Shown here: positions 34,661 through 44,235 of the stretch, one piece after another
How positions within the stretch are numbered: position 1 is the stretch's first letter
Layout: the number at the start of each line of letters is the position of its first letter
Assembly (NCBI GenBank): GCA_009776805.1
Contig: WRNB01000002.1
Coordinates: 1 to 59,066, forward strand
DNA: 59,066 bases
Direction of reading: 5' to 3'
Origin: Candidatus Bathycorpusculum grumuli
GTDB lineage: Archaea; Thermoproteota; Bathyarchaeia; Bathyarchaeales; Bathycorpusculaceae
The notes under the pieces: generated by a model
Databases searched by the model: none
Told to the model about the DNA's origin: nothing
The model's input: the letters and a program-made list of their open reading frames with translations, nothing else
Position numbers and translations under genes: made by a program

Positions 34661-37600
34661 TTATTTTTCATTAGAACCCTCAAGCAGACCCTCTATGTTT
34701 AAGTAGAGTTTCTGCAACTCTTTTTTCGTTTCATCAGGAGCTTGCCACATATCACGATCAATAGCCTCCAAAAGCCGCTCAACCATATTTTGCAGGGCAT
34801 AAGGATTCACTTCTTTGAGCCATTCCTGCATGACTTTATCAAAAACATATTTTTTAGATAACTCCTCATACATCCAGTCTTCTACAACTTCTACTGTAGC
34901 ATCCCAGCCGAAAACGAAATCCACATTTCTAGACAAGTCAGCAGCACCCTGATACCCATGTTTTTTCATGCCTTCGATATATTTTGGATTAAGAAGACGA
35001 GAGCGGAAAACAAGACAGGTTTCCTCAGCAGTACTTCGAACTTTTACTCTGTTAGGATCTGAACTATCACCGCAGTATGATTTGGGCATTTTTCCGCCTA
35101 CAATTTTAACTGCATTTATCATACCGCCATGAGAGTCATACCAGTCATCACCGTCTAAAATATCGTATTCACGGGAATCCTGATTTTTAACGGTAACATT
35201 AATTTTTTTTAGACACCGTTTGAATTGTTCAGGTGTCTGTATACCATAGCTTTTACGGGTATAAGCATAACTACCCCAGTTAATGTATATGTCACTTAAA
35301 TCGTTTTGATCTTTCCAATTTTTAGAGTCTATAACCTCGCTTACACCACAGCCATATGCTCCAGGTTGGTCACCAAAAATTCTATAACAAGCCGCTTCCC
35401 TAGCTTTTATAACGTCTACGCCTTTGGCTGTTTCGTCCATTACCTCAGAGTCTACATGCTTAGCTATAAAATTTTGATTATGGGATTCTTTTAGTCCAGC
35501 AGCTAATTCAACAGCGGCATCAAGAAGGTTAACTACTACAGGAAAAGTGTCTCGAAATAACCCACTGATACGCATGGTAACATCTATGCGAGGACGTTTG
35601 AGTACTTCAAGAGGAATGGGTTCTACGCCAACAACTCGGCCGCTAGATCGTTCCCAAACAGGTTTAATTCCCATTAAATAAAGAATTTCTGCAATATCAT
35701 CCCCCTTAGTTTTCATAGTATCAGTTGCCCAAATTATAATACCAACAGATTCAGGATATTTCCCTTCTTCCTTTAGATACCGCTCAAGCAATACATCAGC
35801 TAAGGCGACTCCAACTTCCCATGCTGCAGGAGTTGGAACAGCACGAGGATCAACAGAATAAAAATTCCTACCAGTGGGTAAAATATCAGCCATACCTCGA
35901 GTTATAGAACCAGAGGGTCCAGGGGGCACGTAGCTACCTTGACAACCTGAGAGAGTATATGTTAACTCATCAGTTGTTGCAGCTAGAGCGGGAACAAGAA
36001 AACTGCTTATATATTGTAGGCATTGCTCTATTTTGGGGCTGCTGGTGCCCAACACTTCTTGTGATAAAGTTACAATTTTTTCTTCTTTGAAATCTGCTAA
36101 ATGAAATTTTTGAATTAAATCAAATGAGAGGATACTTATTTCTTTTAGATGATCCCCATTAGTTTTGCCATCACTGCCAAGTTTACCTCTATGTGCCAAA
36201 AGATTATCATAGTCAAAGCCTAATAACTCTGCAATTGACTGCCTTAAGGAAGGTACGTCACCATTATTGAGGCGTGTTAAAGTAACAAGGAATTTATCTA
36301 GGCGTAAATCTTTTGGAGCTTCACCTAAAATGTGGAGGCCGTCGCGAATTTGCGCATCAGATAACTCGTTTATGTATGCATGAAGTTGTTCTAGAAAGTC
36401 GTCAAAGGAGGCAAAGGCGGTGTCTTGTGTAATGTTTAGGTCTTTGTCAAGTTTAGCTGCAACTACGTTTTCCCAGATTATATTGCGTAAAACAGGTATT
36501 TTTTCAGGGTCAACTGTTTTAGCATGATAGTACTCTTGAAGTTGAACTTCTAATTTTGCAAGTTCGTCATAAGAGTCCGCATCATGCATAACAGGTACTA
36601 AATGGTCTATTATGCAACAGTAACTTCGACGTTTAGCTTGAGTACCTTCACCTGGGTTAGTTATAGTGTAAGGATAAATGTTGGGTAAGTCAGAAATAGT
36701 TATATCAGGAGAGCAAGATTTTGATAACCCAATAGATTTTCCTGGAAGCCACTCTAAGGAACCATGGCAACCTATGTGCATAATGACATTGGCACCAAAA
36801 ACGTCACGTATCCAACGGTAATAAGCGTAGTAATGGTGAGGCATAGATAAGTCTGGGCTGTGATATATACTAGCGGAGGTTTCCAAGTATCCACGGGGAG
36901 GCTGCAAGCCGATAAAGATATTTCCGTTTTTTAGCCCAGCGATTAAAATTTTACCGTTATAGGTATAAAGTTTTCCAGGATGCTTTTCCCAGTCCTTCTC
37001 CAGTTTAATAGCTACATCAGAGTTTAAATCGTTGAACCATTGTTCATATTGTTGAGGTGAAATTTTATCTAATGCCCTATCATTTAATTCTTGCGCACTT
37101 GCCCACCTGCGATCATTTGTTAACCCAGCAACTATGGTATCCATAAGTTTCTGGCTACTTTCAGGCAACGCATCTATGGTATAGCCTTGATTTTTTAGAC
37201 CTTGAAGAATGTTCATAACTGAAACAGAGGCATCTAATCCAAAAGCATGACCAATGGTGTCATTTCTTGGCGGATAATTATGGAAAATTATGGCCACTTT
37301 CTTTTGATTATTAGGTAATCGTCGTAGTTTACCCCAGTTTAAGGCTAAACAAACCACCTTTCGTGTTCGCTCTTCAATGTGTTCAAACTTTATTATGCGA
37401 GCCCCAGATGAAGTGGTTTGAGTGCAATCCATAGTGGCAACAGGCACTGTTATTAGGGCACCATCAAATTCAGGCATGGCAACATTAGCAGGAACATCCA
37501 TAATATTCAAACCCTGCATAGAGTCATGCCACTCCTCGAAAGTGTTACAGGTTGTTATAGCTTTAATTATTGGAACTCCAAGTTTTTTTAGGGTATCTGA

Positions 37601-38395
37601 AGCGTCAACACCAGAGAGACAAGTAGATAATGAAAAAGAAAATAAGCTTATTACAACATCTACAATCGGGGTGCCATCTTTTAAAAAGTAATTGTCAATT
37701 ACCCAATCTAACCCATGCATACCCAGTTTTGAATTTTTTGAACCAAAAAACACAGGTAATACATTAGCACCTTGAGCCTCAATTTCATGAATTACGGCAT
37801 CTATAAAACTGGTGTTGCCACCTTGCCACTGGCTCTGATGGAACCACAAACCCACAGTCAAACGATTAACATCAATTTTCTTTTCTACATATTCAGTTAA
37901 AGAAGGCACATAGTTGAAATGAGGATGGTAAATGCCTTCCCAAAGAGGCTTAGCTGGAGCCTCAAAAGTGTAATCAGCCCCTATGAAACGATTTGCAAGA
38001 TAATAGAAGAGGTTTTCAAAATTTGTTTTACCACCATAATTAAGATAGAAAAAAATTTTTTGTTTATCTTCTGCTTGCACGGTTGTAAATTTAGTTTGTT
38101 CTTTGCCTCCAAAGAAGGGAGCAGAAACCATAAGGGGTACTTTGGCAATTTTTAGAGCTTCAGCTAACTTGTCAAACTCAGGTAAGTCACCCATTAAATG
38201 TACAAGGACTATATTGGCTTTTTTGGAAATTTCTATGAAATTGTCTAAAGTGCCAAAGTCCCGAAAGTCGCCACTTGAACGTAAACATAGGTCAATGGCA
38301 TTTGGGAATTTTTCGTTTATCGTTTTTGCAGCTGATGTAGCTGGAATGGTATCTGTTGGAATTGTTGTTACAAGAGCTATTTTTAGTGTTCTCAT
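34661..38395 (-). CDS. cobN: Cobaltochelatase CobN-like (class I chelatase large subunit)
   Basis: 1244 aa; HIGCHGSLEWLPGK, YPYTITNPGEGTQAKRRS, ILPTGRNFYSVDP, RPRIDVTMRISGLFRD, RSRLLNPKYIEGM. Confidence 0.95.
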   Translation of the reverse strand: MRTLKIALVTTIPTDTIPATSAAKTINEKFPNAIDLCLRSSGDFRDFGTLDNFIEISKKANIVLVHLMGDLPEFDKLAEALKIAKVPLMVSAPFFGGKEQTKFTTVQAEDKQKIFFYLNYGGKTNFENLFYYLANRFIGADYTFEAPAKPLWEGIYHPHFNYVPSLTEYVEKKIDVNRLTVGLWFHQSQWQGGNTSFIDAVIHEIEAQGANVLPVFFGSKNSKLGMHGLDWVIDNYFLKDGTPIVDVVISLFSFSLSTCLSGVDASDTLKKLGVPIIKAITTCNTFEEWHDSMQGLNIMDVPANVAMPEFDGALITVPVATMDCTQTTSSGARIIKFEHIEERTRKVVCLALNWGKLRRLPNNQKKVAIIFHNYPPRNDTIGHAFGLDASVSVMNILQGLKNQGYTIDALPESSQKLMDTIVAGLTNDRRWASAQELNDRALDKISPQQYEQWFNDLNSDVAIKLEKDWEKHPGKLYTYNGKILIAGLKNGNIFIGLQPPRGYLETSASIYHSPDLSMPHHYYAYYRWIRDVFGANVIMHIGCHGSLEWLPGKSIGLSKSCSPDITISDLPNIYPYTITNPGEGTQAKRRSYCCIIDHLVPVMHDADSYDELAKLEVQLQEYYHAKTVDPEKIPVLRNIIWENVVAAKLDKDLNITQDTAFASFDDFLEQLHAYINELSDAQIRDGLHILGEAPKDLRLDKFLVTLTRLNNGDVPSLRQSIAELLGFDYDNLLAHRGKLGSDGKTNGDHLKEISILSFDLIQKFHLADFKEEKIVTLSQEVLGTSSPKIEQCLQYISSFLVPALAATTDELTYTLSGCQGSYVPPGPSGSITRGMADILPTGRNFYSVDPRAVPTPAAWEVGVALADVLLERYLKEEGKYPESVGIIIWATDTMKTKGDDIAEILYLMGIKPVWERSSGRVVGVEPIPLEVLKRPRIDVTMRISGLFRDTFPVVVNLLDAAVELAAGLKESHNQNFIAKHVDSEVMDETAKGVDVIKAREAACYRIFGDQPGAYGCGVSEVIDSKNWKDQNDLSDIYINWGSYAYTRKSYGIQTPEQFKRCLKKINVTVKNQDSREYDILDGDDWYDSHGGMINAVKIVGGKMPKSYCGDSSDPNRVKVRSTAEETCLVFRSRLLNPKYIEGMKKHGYQGAADLSRNVDFVFGWDATVEVVEDWMYEELSKKYVFDKVMQEWLKEVNPYALQNMVERLLEAIDRDMWQAPDETKKELQKLYLNIEGLLEGSNEK

Positions 38396-39222
38396 TGTTG
38401 CATCCCCATTTTTTCTTCAAATAATGCAGACATTTTTGGATCGAGAAGGTTAATGTCCTCAACTATTGGTGTAACTACAGGTTTACCCGTGATAGAATGG
38501 GAAACATCGGTCTTAATTTCATAAACCTCTTCGATGTTTTGGGCAGTTAACACCTCTTCAGGAGTACCTGTTGCATAAACGCGTCCACGTTTAAGCATAA
38601 ATAATCTATCAGAAAAACGGCTGGCTAAATTCAAATCATGTAACGTTACAATGACGGCGTGTCCTTTACTTTTAGCAAGACTCTTAAGTATACAAAGAAT
38701 GTCAAGCTGATGTTTAATATCTAAAGAACTTGTAGGCTCATCTAGTAACAAAATTTGAGGTTGCTGTGCAAGAGCTCGAGCGATTATAACTTTTTGTTGC
38801 TCACCTCCACTAAGGGCAGAAAATTGACGCATCGCAAGATGACTAATACCTAAAAGATCCATCATTTGAACAACAATCTCATTATCCTGCTCACCTACAC
38901 TCCAGTGAACATAGGGCTTTCTGCCCATCATTACTACGTCATATACCGTGAATGGAAAAGCACTTATAGATGTTTGAGGAACATACCCCATTAATTTAGA
39001 TAATTCCTTAGTAGAAAATTTACTTGCATCTTTACCATCAAGAAGTATACTATTTGGACCTGTTTTCAAAATACGGTTAACACATTTTAATAAAGTACTT
39101 TTCCCTGAACCATTAGGACCAACAATAGATACCAATTCACCTAACTCTACATTCAAAGCTATATCTTTTAAAATTGGAATACCTGCATAACTAAATGAGA
39201 GGTTATTTATAGTTAATTTCAA
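38392..39222 (-). CDS. BtuD/FecE-type ABC ATP-binding protein
   Basis: GPNGSGKST, LSGGEQQK, LLLDEPT, HDLNLASRF. Confidence 0.92.
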   Translation of the reverse strand: MKLTINNLSFSYAGIPILKDIALNVELGELVSIVGPNGSGKSTLLKCVNRILKTGPNSILLDGKDASKFSTKELSKLMGYVPQTSISAFPFTVYDVVMMGRKPYVHWSVGEQDNEIVVQMMDLLGISHLAMRQFSALSGGEQQKVIIARALAQQPQILLLDEPTSSLDIKHQLDILCILKSLAKSKGHAVIVTLHDLNLASRFSDRLFMLKRGRVYATGTPEEVLTAQNIEEVYEIKTDVSHSITGKPVVTPIVEDINLLDPKMSALFEEKMGMQQ

Positions 39223-40292
39223 CCAAAATCACGTCTCCGTTTACGTATTAATAAATAAATAAAGAAGGGAACTCCAAGTAGTGAGGTTATAATACCAACG
39301 GGAATTTCTATAGGCATCATAATTAACCGTCCCACAGTATCTGCGCCAAGAAGCATAAAAGCACCCAATAATGCACTACATGGGATGAGATATCTATAGT
39401 CAGTACCAACTAGCATTCTTGCAATGTGTGGGGCAATTAAATCTACAAACCCGATAATTCCAGTAAAAGAAATTATACTTGCAGTTGCAACAGTTTCCAA
39501 AATCATATTAATAGATAAAACACGTTTAGAATTAACACCTAAACTAACAGCTACATCTTCACCCATACTTAAAACATTAATATTCCAAGCTTGAGACATC
39601 ATAAGAATCATGGTAACGGCAACAATAGGGAAACAGATCAAAATATTTTGCCAAGATGTCGTGTAAAGTCCACCCATAAGCCAAAAAACAATAGCTGATA
39701 CCGCATTTCGTTCAGGCGCAATATATTGTATTAGAGAAAGCAACGCTGAAAAAAGAAAACCAACGGCCACACCAGCTAAAATTATCGATTCAGAACTCAT
39801 ACCACTCATACGGGCAATTAAATAAACCACTACCATAGCTAGTAAACAAAAAACAAAAGCGTTACCGATTATAAGAAAACCACCTATGGTAGCAATGCTT
39901 ACACCAAAAACTATAGCTAAAGCAGCACCAAATCCAGCAGCTGAAGAAATACCTAATATATAAGAAGAAGCCAGAGGATTACGTAAAATTCCCTGCATAG
40001 TCGCGCCAGCAGCAGCCAATCCAGCTCCAGCTATTAAGGCCATAACAATTCTTGGCAAACGAATAGTCCAAATTATTGTCTCAGTAAGAGATGACACAGG
40101 GCCTAAATTTAAAAAAGGAAAAATTTTAGAAAAAATAACAGTTAACGCTTCGCCAAGTCTAGGAGAAGCGGCCCCAAAGCTAAGAGAAACCACTGCCGTC
40201 ACAATTAAAGCTAAGAAAAAGGAAAAAATTATAAAAAATTTTTTCTTCTTACCTTTACTGTATAGTTTCTTTACATCAGCTTTCGTAGTCAT
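39219..40292 (-). CDS. BtuC/FecCD-type ABC permease
   Basis: IRLPRIV, QGILRNPLASSYILGISSAA, MGEDVAVSLGV, IGFVDLIAPH, EIPVGIIT. Confidence 0.92.
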   Translation of the reverse strand: MTTKADVKKLYSKGKKKKFFIIFSFFLALIVTAVVSLSFGAASPRLGEALTVIFSKIFPFLNLGPVSSLTETIIWTIRLPRIVMALIAGAGLAAAGATMQGILRNPLASSYILGISSAAGFGAALAIVFGVSIATIGGFLIIGNAFVFCLLAMVVVYLIARMSGMSSESIILAGVAVGFLFSALLSLIQYIAPERNAVSAIVFWLMGGLYTTSWQNILICFPIVAVTMILMMSQAWNINVLSMGEDVAVSLGVNSKRVLSINMILETVATASIISFTGIIGFVDLIAPHIARMLVGTDYRYLIPCSALLGAFMLLGADTVGRLIMMPIEIPVGIITSLLGVPFFIYLLIRKRRRDFG

Positions 40293-40329
40293 CTATATCT
40301 AAACATCCAAAGTGTTGTCAACATATCTC

Positions 40330-42327
40330 CTAGTTGTTAACAGGCATCCTATAGGGATCATGAAAGAGCTCGGTTCTAACGGCTGAAGCTATAGGTGCGG
40401 CGCGTAATTCTTCTAAACGTAAATATTTACTGCCCATAACTTCAGAGATTTGTTTAACTAATCCAAAAGTGAGAAAACCCTGTTCAGTATCTATAGCAAT
40501 TGATTGTATACCTTTAGAGGCAATTTTACATGCAAGCTGTTTAGCCTCTTCTACGGGGTCACCACCGTAAAGGTTAACATTTGCTCGTCCATCGGAAACT
40601 AACACCAATAGAGGGAGATCGTCAGTTCGAAGAGAAGACTCAACAGCATCTAAGCCGAGTTTTAATCCATGTACTAAGGGTGTGCGGCCACCTGTTGGCA
40701 AATTGGATAAGTATTTTTGGGCCAATTCAATACTATTAGTAGGAGGTAGAATAAGTTCTGCCGAGTTTTTACGAAAAACTACCATACCTACACGATCTCT
40801 ACGTTGATAGGCATCCAATAGAAGGGAAAGAATAGCTCCTTTAGTAGCACTCATACGCTCCTCGGCAGCCATTGAGCCACTAGCGTCGACAACAAACATA
40901 ATCAGGTTACCCATTTTTGTTTCTCTGACTTTTTCACGTAAATCACATCTCTCAATTAGGAGAGCATTTTGGGAATTGCTTGTTACTTCTTTTCGTCGCT
41001 TTTGGAAAAGGGCTGCTGTGCGAAAAGTTGCATCAAAAGCTAAATCGGTAACTTTACCATGAGGAATCGTGCTTGCTACATAATGACCTCTTTTAGAGTC
41101 ACTAATTATTTTTGAACGACGACCTGATCCATGGCGTTCAATTTCATCAAGGGCATCTGATGAGAACGGTTTTACAGTGTATGGAGAAGCTGCTTGGAAA
41201 ATTTGTTCTTTTGTAGGATCTTCTTGTTCATCGGGTTGGTTATTATCTGAAGAGTTATCGTTATTATTTTGTGGAGGTGTTTGTCGGTCTTCATTCCATT
41301 TTTGTATGCTTTCATTAAGTTGTTGCTGTTCCATTTTAGGTTCTTCGAAGGGTTGGCGGCGTTGGCGGTGGGGAAGGACTAATTCAGCTGCTTCTTTGAT
41401 ATCTTCTTCTGTAACGTCTATGCGGTCATTGTAAGCGGCAATGGTACATGCTGTTTTGTACATAACTATGTCTGCACGGTGTCCGTCTACGGCGAAGTCG
41501 GTACAAATTTGTGTTATTAAATCTAGTAAATCTGAGCTTAGTTTTACCTTAGGTAAAAGTTGGGTTGCAGATAGGATTTTTTGTCGTATTTTTTCTTGAT
41601 TATCTATTTGGAGGGAGATAAAAGATAGCGGGTTGCTTTCAAAGGCAATGCGGCGGCGTACTATTTCGGCCCGGGCCTCTTTATAGGGTATTCCTTTTAC
41701 TTCGACTGATAGTGCGAAGCGATCTAAAAGTTGTGGTCGAAGTTCTCCCTCTTCAGGGTTCATTGTTCCTATTAAAACAAAATGTGAGGGGTGACTAAAT
41801 GAAACGCCTTCGCGTTCAACAAAGTTTATGCCCATTGCTGCGGCATCGAGTAAAACGTCAACTAGGTGGTCATCAAGTAAGTTGACTTCATCAATGTAGA
41901 GTATGTTACGGTTAGCTTGAGCTAGAATTCCGGGGTCGAAATGTTTCTCGCCAGTTTTTATGGCTTTTTCAATATCTATGGTGCCTACTAAGCGGTCTTC
42001 TGTGGCACCTACTGGTAATTCAACTACAGAAACAGATCGTTTGGTAATTGGTAATTTTTCATTTTTTACATTTTTTGTGGCACATGCTTCACATAGGTCT
42101 TTGAGATTTTTTGGATCACAATAGAAAGGGCAGTTAGTAACAGTTTCTATTTCGGGTAATAGATTGGCTAGAGCACGTACAGTTAAGGATTTACCGGTTC
42201 CTTTTTCTCCTCTTAATAGGACTCCGCCTATTTTTGGGTTGATTACATTTAGAATTAGGGCTAGTTTCATTTTTTCTTGACCGACAATAGCACTAAAGGG
42301 GTAGACTATTTTGTTTTGTAGCTGCAT
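40330..42327 (-). CDS. chlD: ChlI/ChlD-type chelatase ATPase (AAA+ fused to vWA)
   Basis: [38 protein letters not shown]; acidic/Asn linker; MIDAS motif DASGSM. Confidence 0.9.
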   Translation of the reverse strand: MQLQNKIVYPFSAIVGQEKMKLALILNVINPKIGGVLLRGEKGTGKSLTVRALANLLPEIETVTNCPFYCDPKNLKDLCEACATKNVKNEKLPITKRSVSVVELPVGATEDRLVGTIDIEKAIKTGEKHFDPGILAQANRNILYIDEVNLLDDHLVDVLLDAAAMGINFVEREGVSFSHPSHFVLIGTMNPEEGELRPQLLDRFALSVEVKGIPYKEARAEIVRRRIAFESNPLSFISLQIDNQEKIRQKILSATQLLPKVKLSSDLLDLITQICTDFAVDGHRADIVMYKTACTIAAYNDRIDVTEEDIKEAAELVLPHRQRRQPFEEPKMEQQQLNESIQKWNEDRQTPPQNNNDNSSDNNQPDEQEDPTKEQIFQAASPYTVKPFSSDALDEIERHGSGRRSKIISDSKRGHYVASTIPHGKVTDLAFDATFRTAALFQKRRKEVTSNSQNALLIERCDLREKVRETKMGNLIMFVVDASGSMAAEERMSATKGAILSLLLDAYQRRDRVGMVVFRKNSAELILPPTNSIELAQKYLSNLPTGGRTPLVHGLKLGLDAVESSLRTDDLPLLVLVSDGRANVNLYGGDPVEEAKQLACKIASKGIQSIAIDTEQGFLTFGLVKQISEVMGSKYLRLEELRAAPIASAVRTELFHDPYRMPVNN

Positions 42328-42368
42328 GTCCTAAATCTCCACCTGTTAAAGAAATATTCAATAAAGAA

Positions 42369-42408
42369 TATAAATTATTGTTTAACTAAAATTAATATCG
42401 AGTTTATA
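42369..42408 (-). promoter_or_regulatory. Regulon promoter/operator motif heading the chelatase operon (degenerate distal box)
   Basis: tataaa-ttattgt-ttaa-ctaaaa-ttaa-tatcga-gtttata; an extra GGTTGA lies just distal. Confidence 0.6.
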
Positions 42409-42857
42409 AACATAGGTTGACTAAACACAATGCACAACATATATAAAACTACGAACGCAAACACAACAAAAATTAAAAAACAAGACTGCCCAAAAACTAT
42501 ACTGTAGTTATGAGCTAAAATTAAAAACTGTGTGATTTAAAATATTTATGCAATAAAAATATAAAAATAGTTAAGACACAAATTTTTAGAATTGTTTACA
42601 TCAGCAAAAATTTTGTTACAATGAAGCAACTTAACGACAACAAAAACGACCTTATGATCACTGTTACCAAACTCTACTCTGATGGTGCAAAAACGACTTT
42701 ACACAAAATGTATATAACATATCAAATAAAAACATCATCCGTATTATCTTGCTGTTAGTTCTGAATTAGTATGGTTATCTTTAAAAATGTTTTTTGTACC
42801 ATAAAACTATATTATTATGCATAACTATTTAAAAAATAGAATGGTGACGTGAATAGC

Positions 42858-43853
42858 ATGGGTATTTGGAAACTCCGTTTATCAATGATTGGGACTTTAG
42901 CAATAATTTTTGGTTTATCAACTCTGGTCTTTACAATAATTCTAACATTATTTGGTAGCAGTTTAGGTATAATCCCCATTGGCATATTTGTTGTAATTTT
43001 TTATTTTGCACAATGGCTATTTTCCCCTCATCTGGTTGGGATTATATATAAAGTAAAAGAAATGGGACCAAACGACCATCCTGAAATTCATCAAATGGTT
43101 GAAGAGTTAAGCCGTAAAAGCAAAATTTCTCCACCTAAATTGATGCTTGCCCAAATTCCCTTACCAAACGCCTTTGCTTACGGTTCCCCTTTAACGGGTA
43201 ACCGTGTCGCTGTAACACAAGGCTTACTTAGCTCCCTAGATAAAGGTGAAGTTGAAGCCGTTATAGGACATGAACTTGGTCACCTAAAACATCGCGATGT
43301 TCAAGTTATGATGACTGTCTCATTTCTACCCACACTCTGCTTCTATATAGGGTATTCTTTGATGCTCTCCGGCATGTTTGGAGGTCGAGACCGCAACAGT
43401 GGAGGCAATAATGCCTTAATTGGTATAGTTTTCGTAGCGTTTTCATGGATACTAAACCTGTTCACTCTCTATCTTAGTCGTTTACGCGAATATTATGCAG
43501 ACCGCCACAGCGTGTCTATAGTTGAAAACGGTGCCGAAAAGCTCTCAACAGGCCTGGTAACAATCGTCAATGAAAGCAAAAACCAAAATCGTTACCGACG
43601 CAACAGTCAAAACCGAGAGCAAAAAAATAACTTATCCTTCAAAAACCTCTTCATTAGCGACCCCGACCGTGCAGAAACAGATGCTGAAAAACTCCACACA
43701 ACCACCACCGACAACAAAAAACAGCTCCTAAATGACGTTTTATCTCAAAAAATAACAGGTGCAGAAAAATTCGCTGAACTATTTTCAACACACCCAAACA
43801 TCATAAAACGCCTCCAAGCACTACAATCACAAAATATAGCCTCTTATGCGTAA
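42858..43853 (+). CDS. htpX: HtpX zinc metalloprotease
   Basis: PNAFAYG, HELGH, SRLREYYAD, FSTHP. ATG 42858 preferred because GGTGA lies upstream. Confidence 0.93.
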   Translation: MGIWKLRLSMIGTLAIIFGLSTLVFTIILTLFGSSLGIIPIGIFVVIFYFAQWLFSPHLVGIIYKVKEMGPNDHPEIHQMVEELSRKSKISPPKLMLAQIPLPNAFAYGSPLTGNRVAVTQGLLSSLDKGEVEAVIGHELGHLKHRDVQVMMTVSFLPTLCFYIGYSLMLSGMFGGRDRNSGGNNALIGIVFVAFSWILNLFTLYLSRLREYYADRHSVSIVENGAEKLSTGLVTIVNESKNQNRYRRNSQNREQKNNLSFKNLFISDPDRAETDAEKLHTTTTDNKKQLLNDVLSQKITGAEKFAELFSTHPNIIKRLQALQSQNIASYA

Positions 43854-43854
43854 A

Positions 43855-43951
43855 GCGTTGCTTCGATTCTCAGTCACTCCGCGGATAAATGAAACCTCCG
43901 CCCCGTCGGCGAGGCAAATCTCCGCACGCGTCTCTACCTTCGAATCAAAAG
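43855..43951 (-). ncRNA. Candidate GC-rich structured RNA
   Basis: Markedly GC-rich intergenic stretch with nested stems TTGATTC/GAATCGA, GCGGA/TCCGC and CCT-CGCC/GGCG-G-AGG. No family recognised. Confidence 0.4.
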
Positions 43952-43956
43952 TTTAG

Positions 43957-44154
43957 TTATAGTAGGTTTTTCTTTTGTTGTTTGTAGGATTCGTAATCAT
44001 GGCATTTGTAGATGCGAAGTTGTCTTTGCGGTTCTATACGACATCGTTTTCGGGCGTTTTTACGTTTTATGATGGGTGCTATTTGAAAGAAAGGGCATTT
44101 TGAACATAGGGTGCTGATGTTTAATTCCTCCATTGTGCTTTTAACAATATACAT
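43957..44154 (-). CDS. Small basic Cys-containing protein (possible Zn-binding)
   Basis: CSKC...C...CH pattern; start could be the second Met. Confidence 0.5.
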   Translation of the reverse strand: MYIVKSTMEELNISTLCSKCPFFQIAPIIKRKNARKRCRIEPQRQLRIYKCHDYESYKQQKKNLL

Positions 44155-44235
44155 GTTATTGGTTGCAATATATACGTGTCAAACATAAATATCTTTTCCC
44201 AAAAATTTATTTAACCAATAAAAAAGAAAAAAGGT

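Noticed and set aside
41100-41350. Programmed frameshift in chlD producing separate ChlI and ChlD
   Set aside because: The ORF is continuous in one frame and I saw no clear slippery site plus stimulator in the linker.
43855-43951. SECIS element, tRNA or C/D-box sRNA
   Set aside because: No in-frame UGA in the adjacent gene, no cloverleaf or TTCGA T-loop in the proper context, and no C box.
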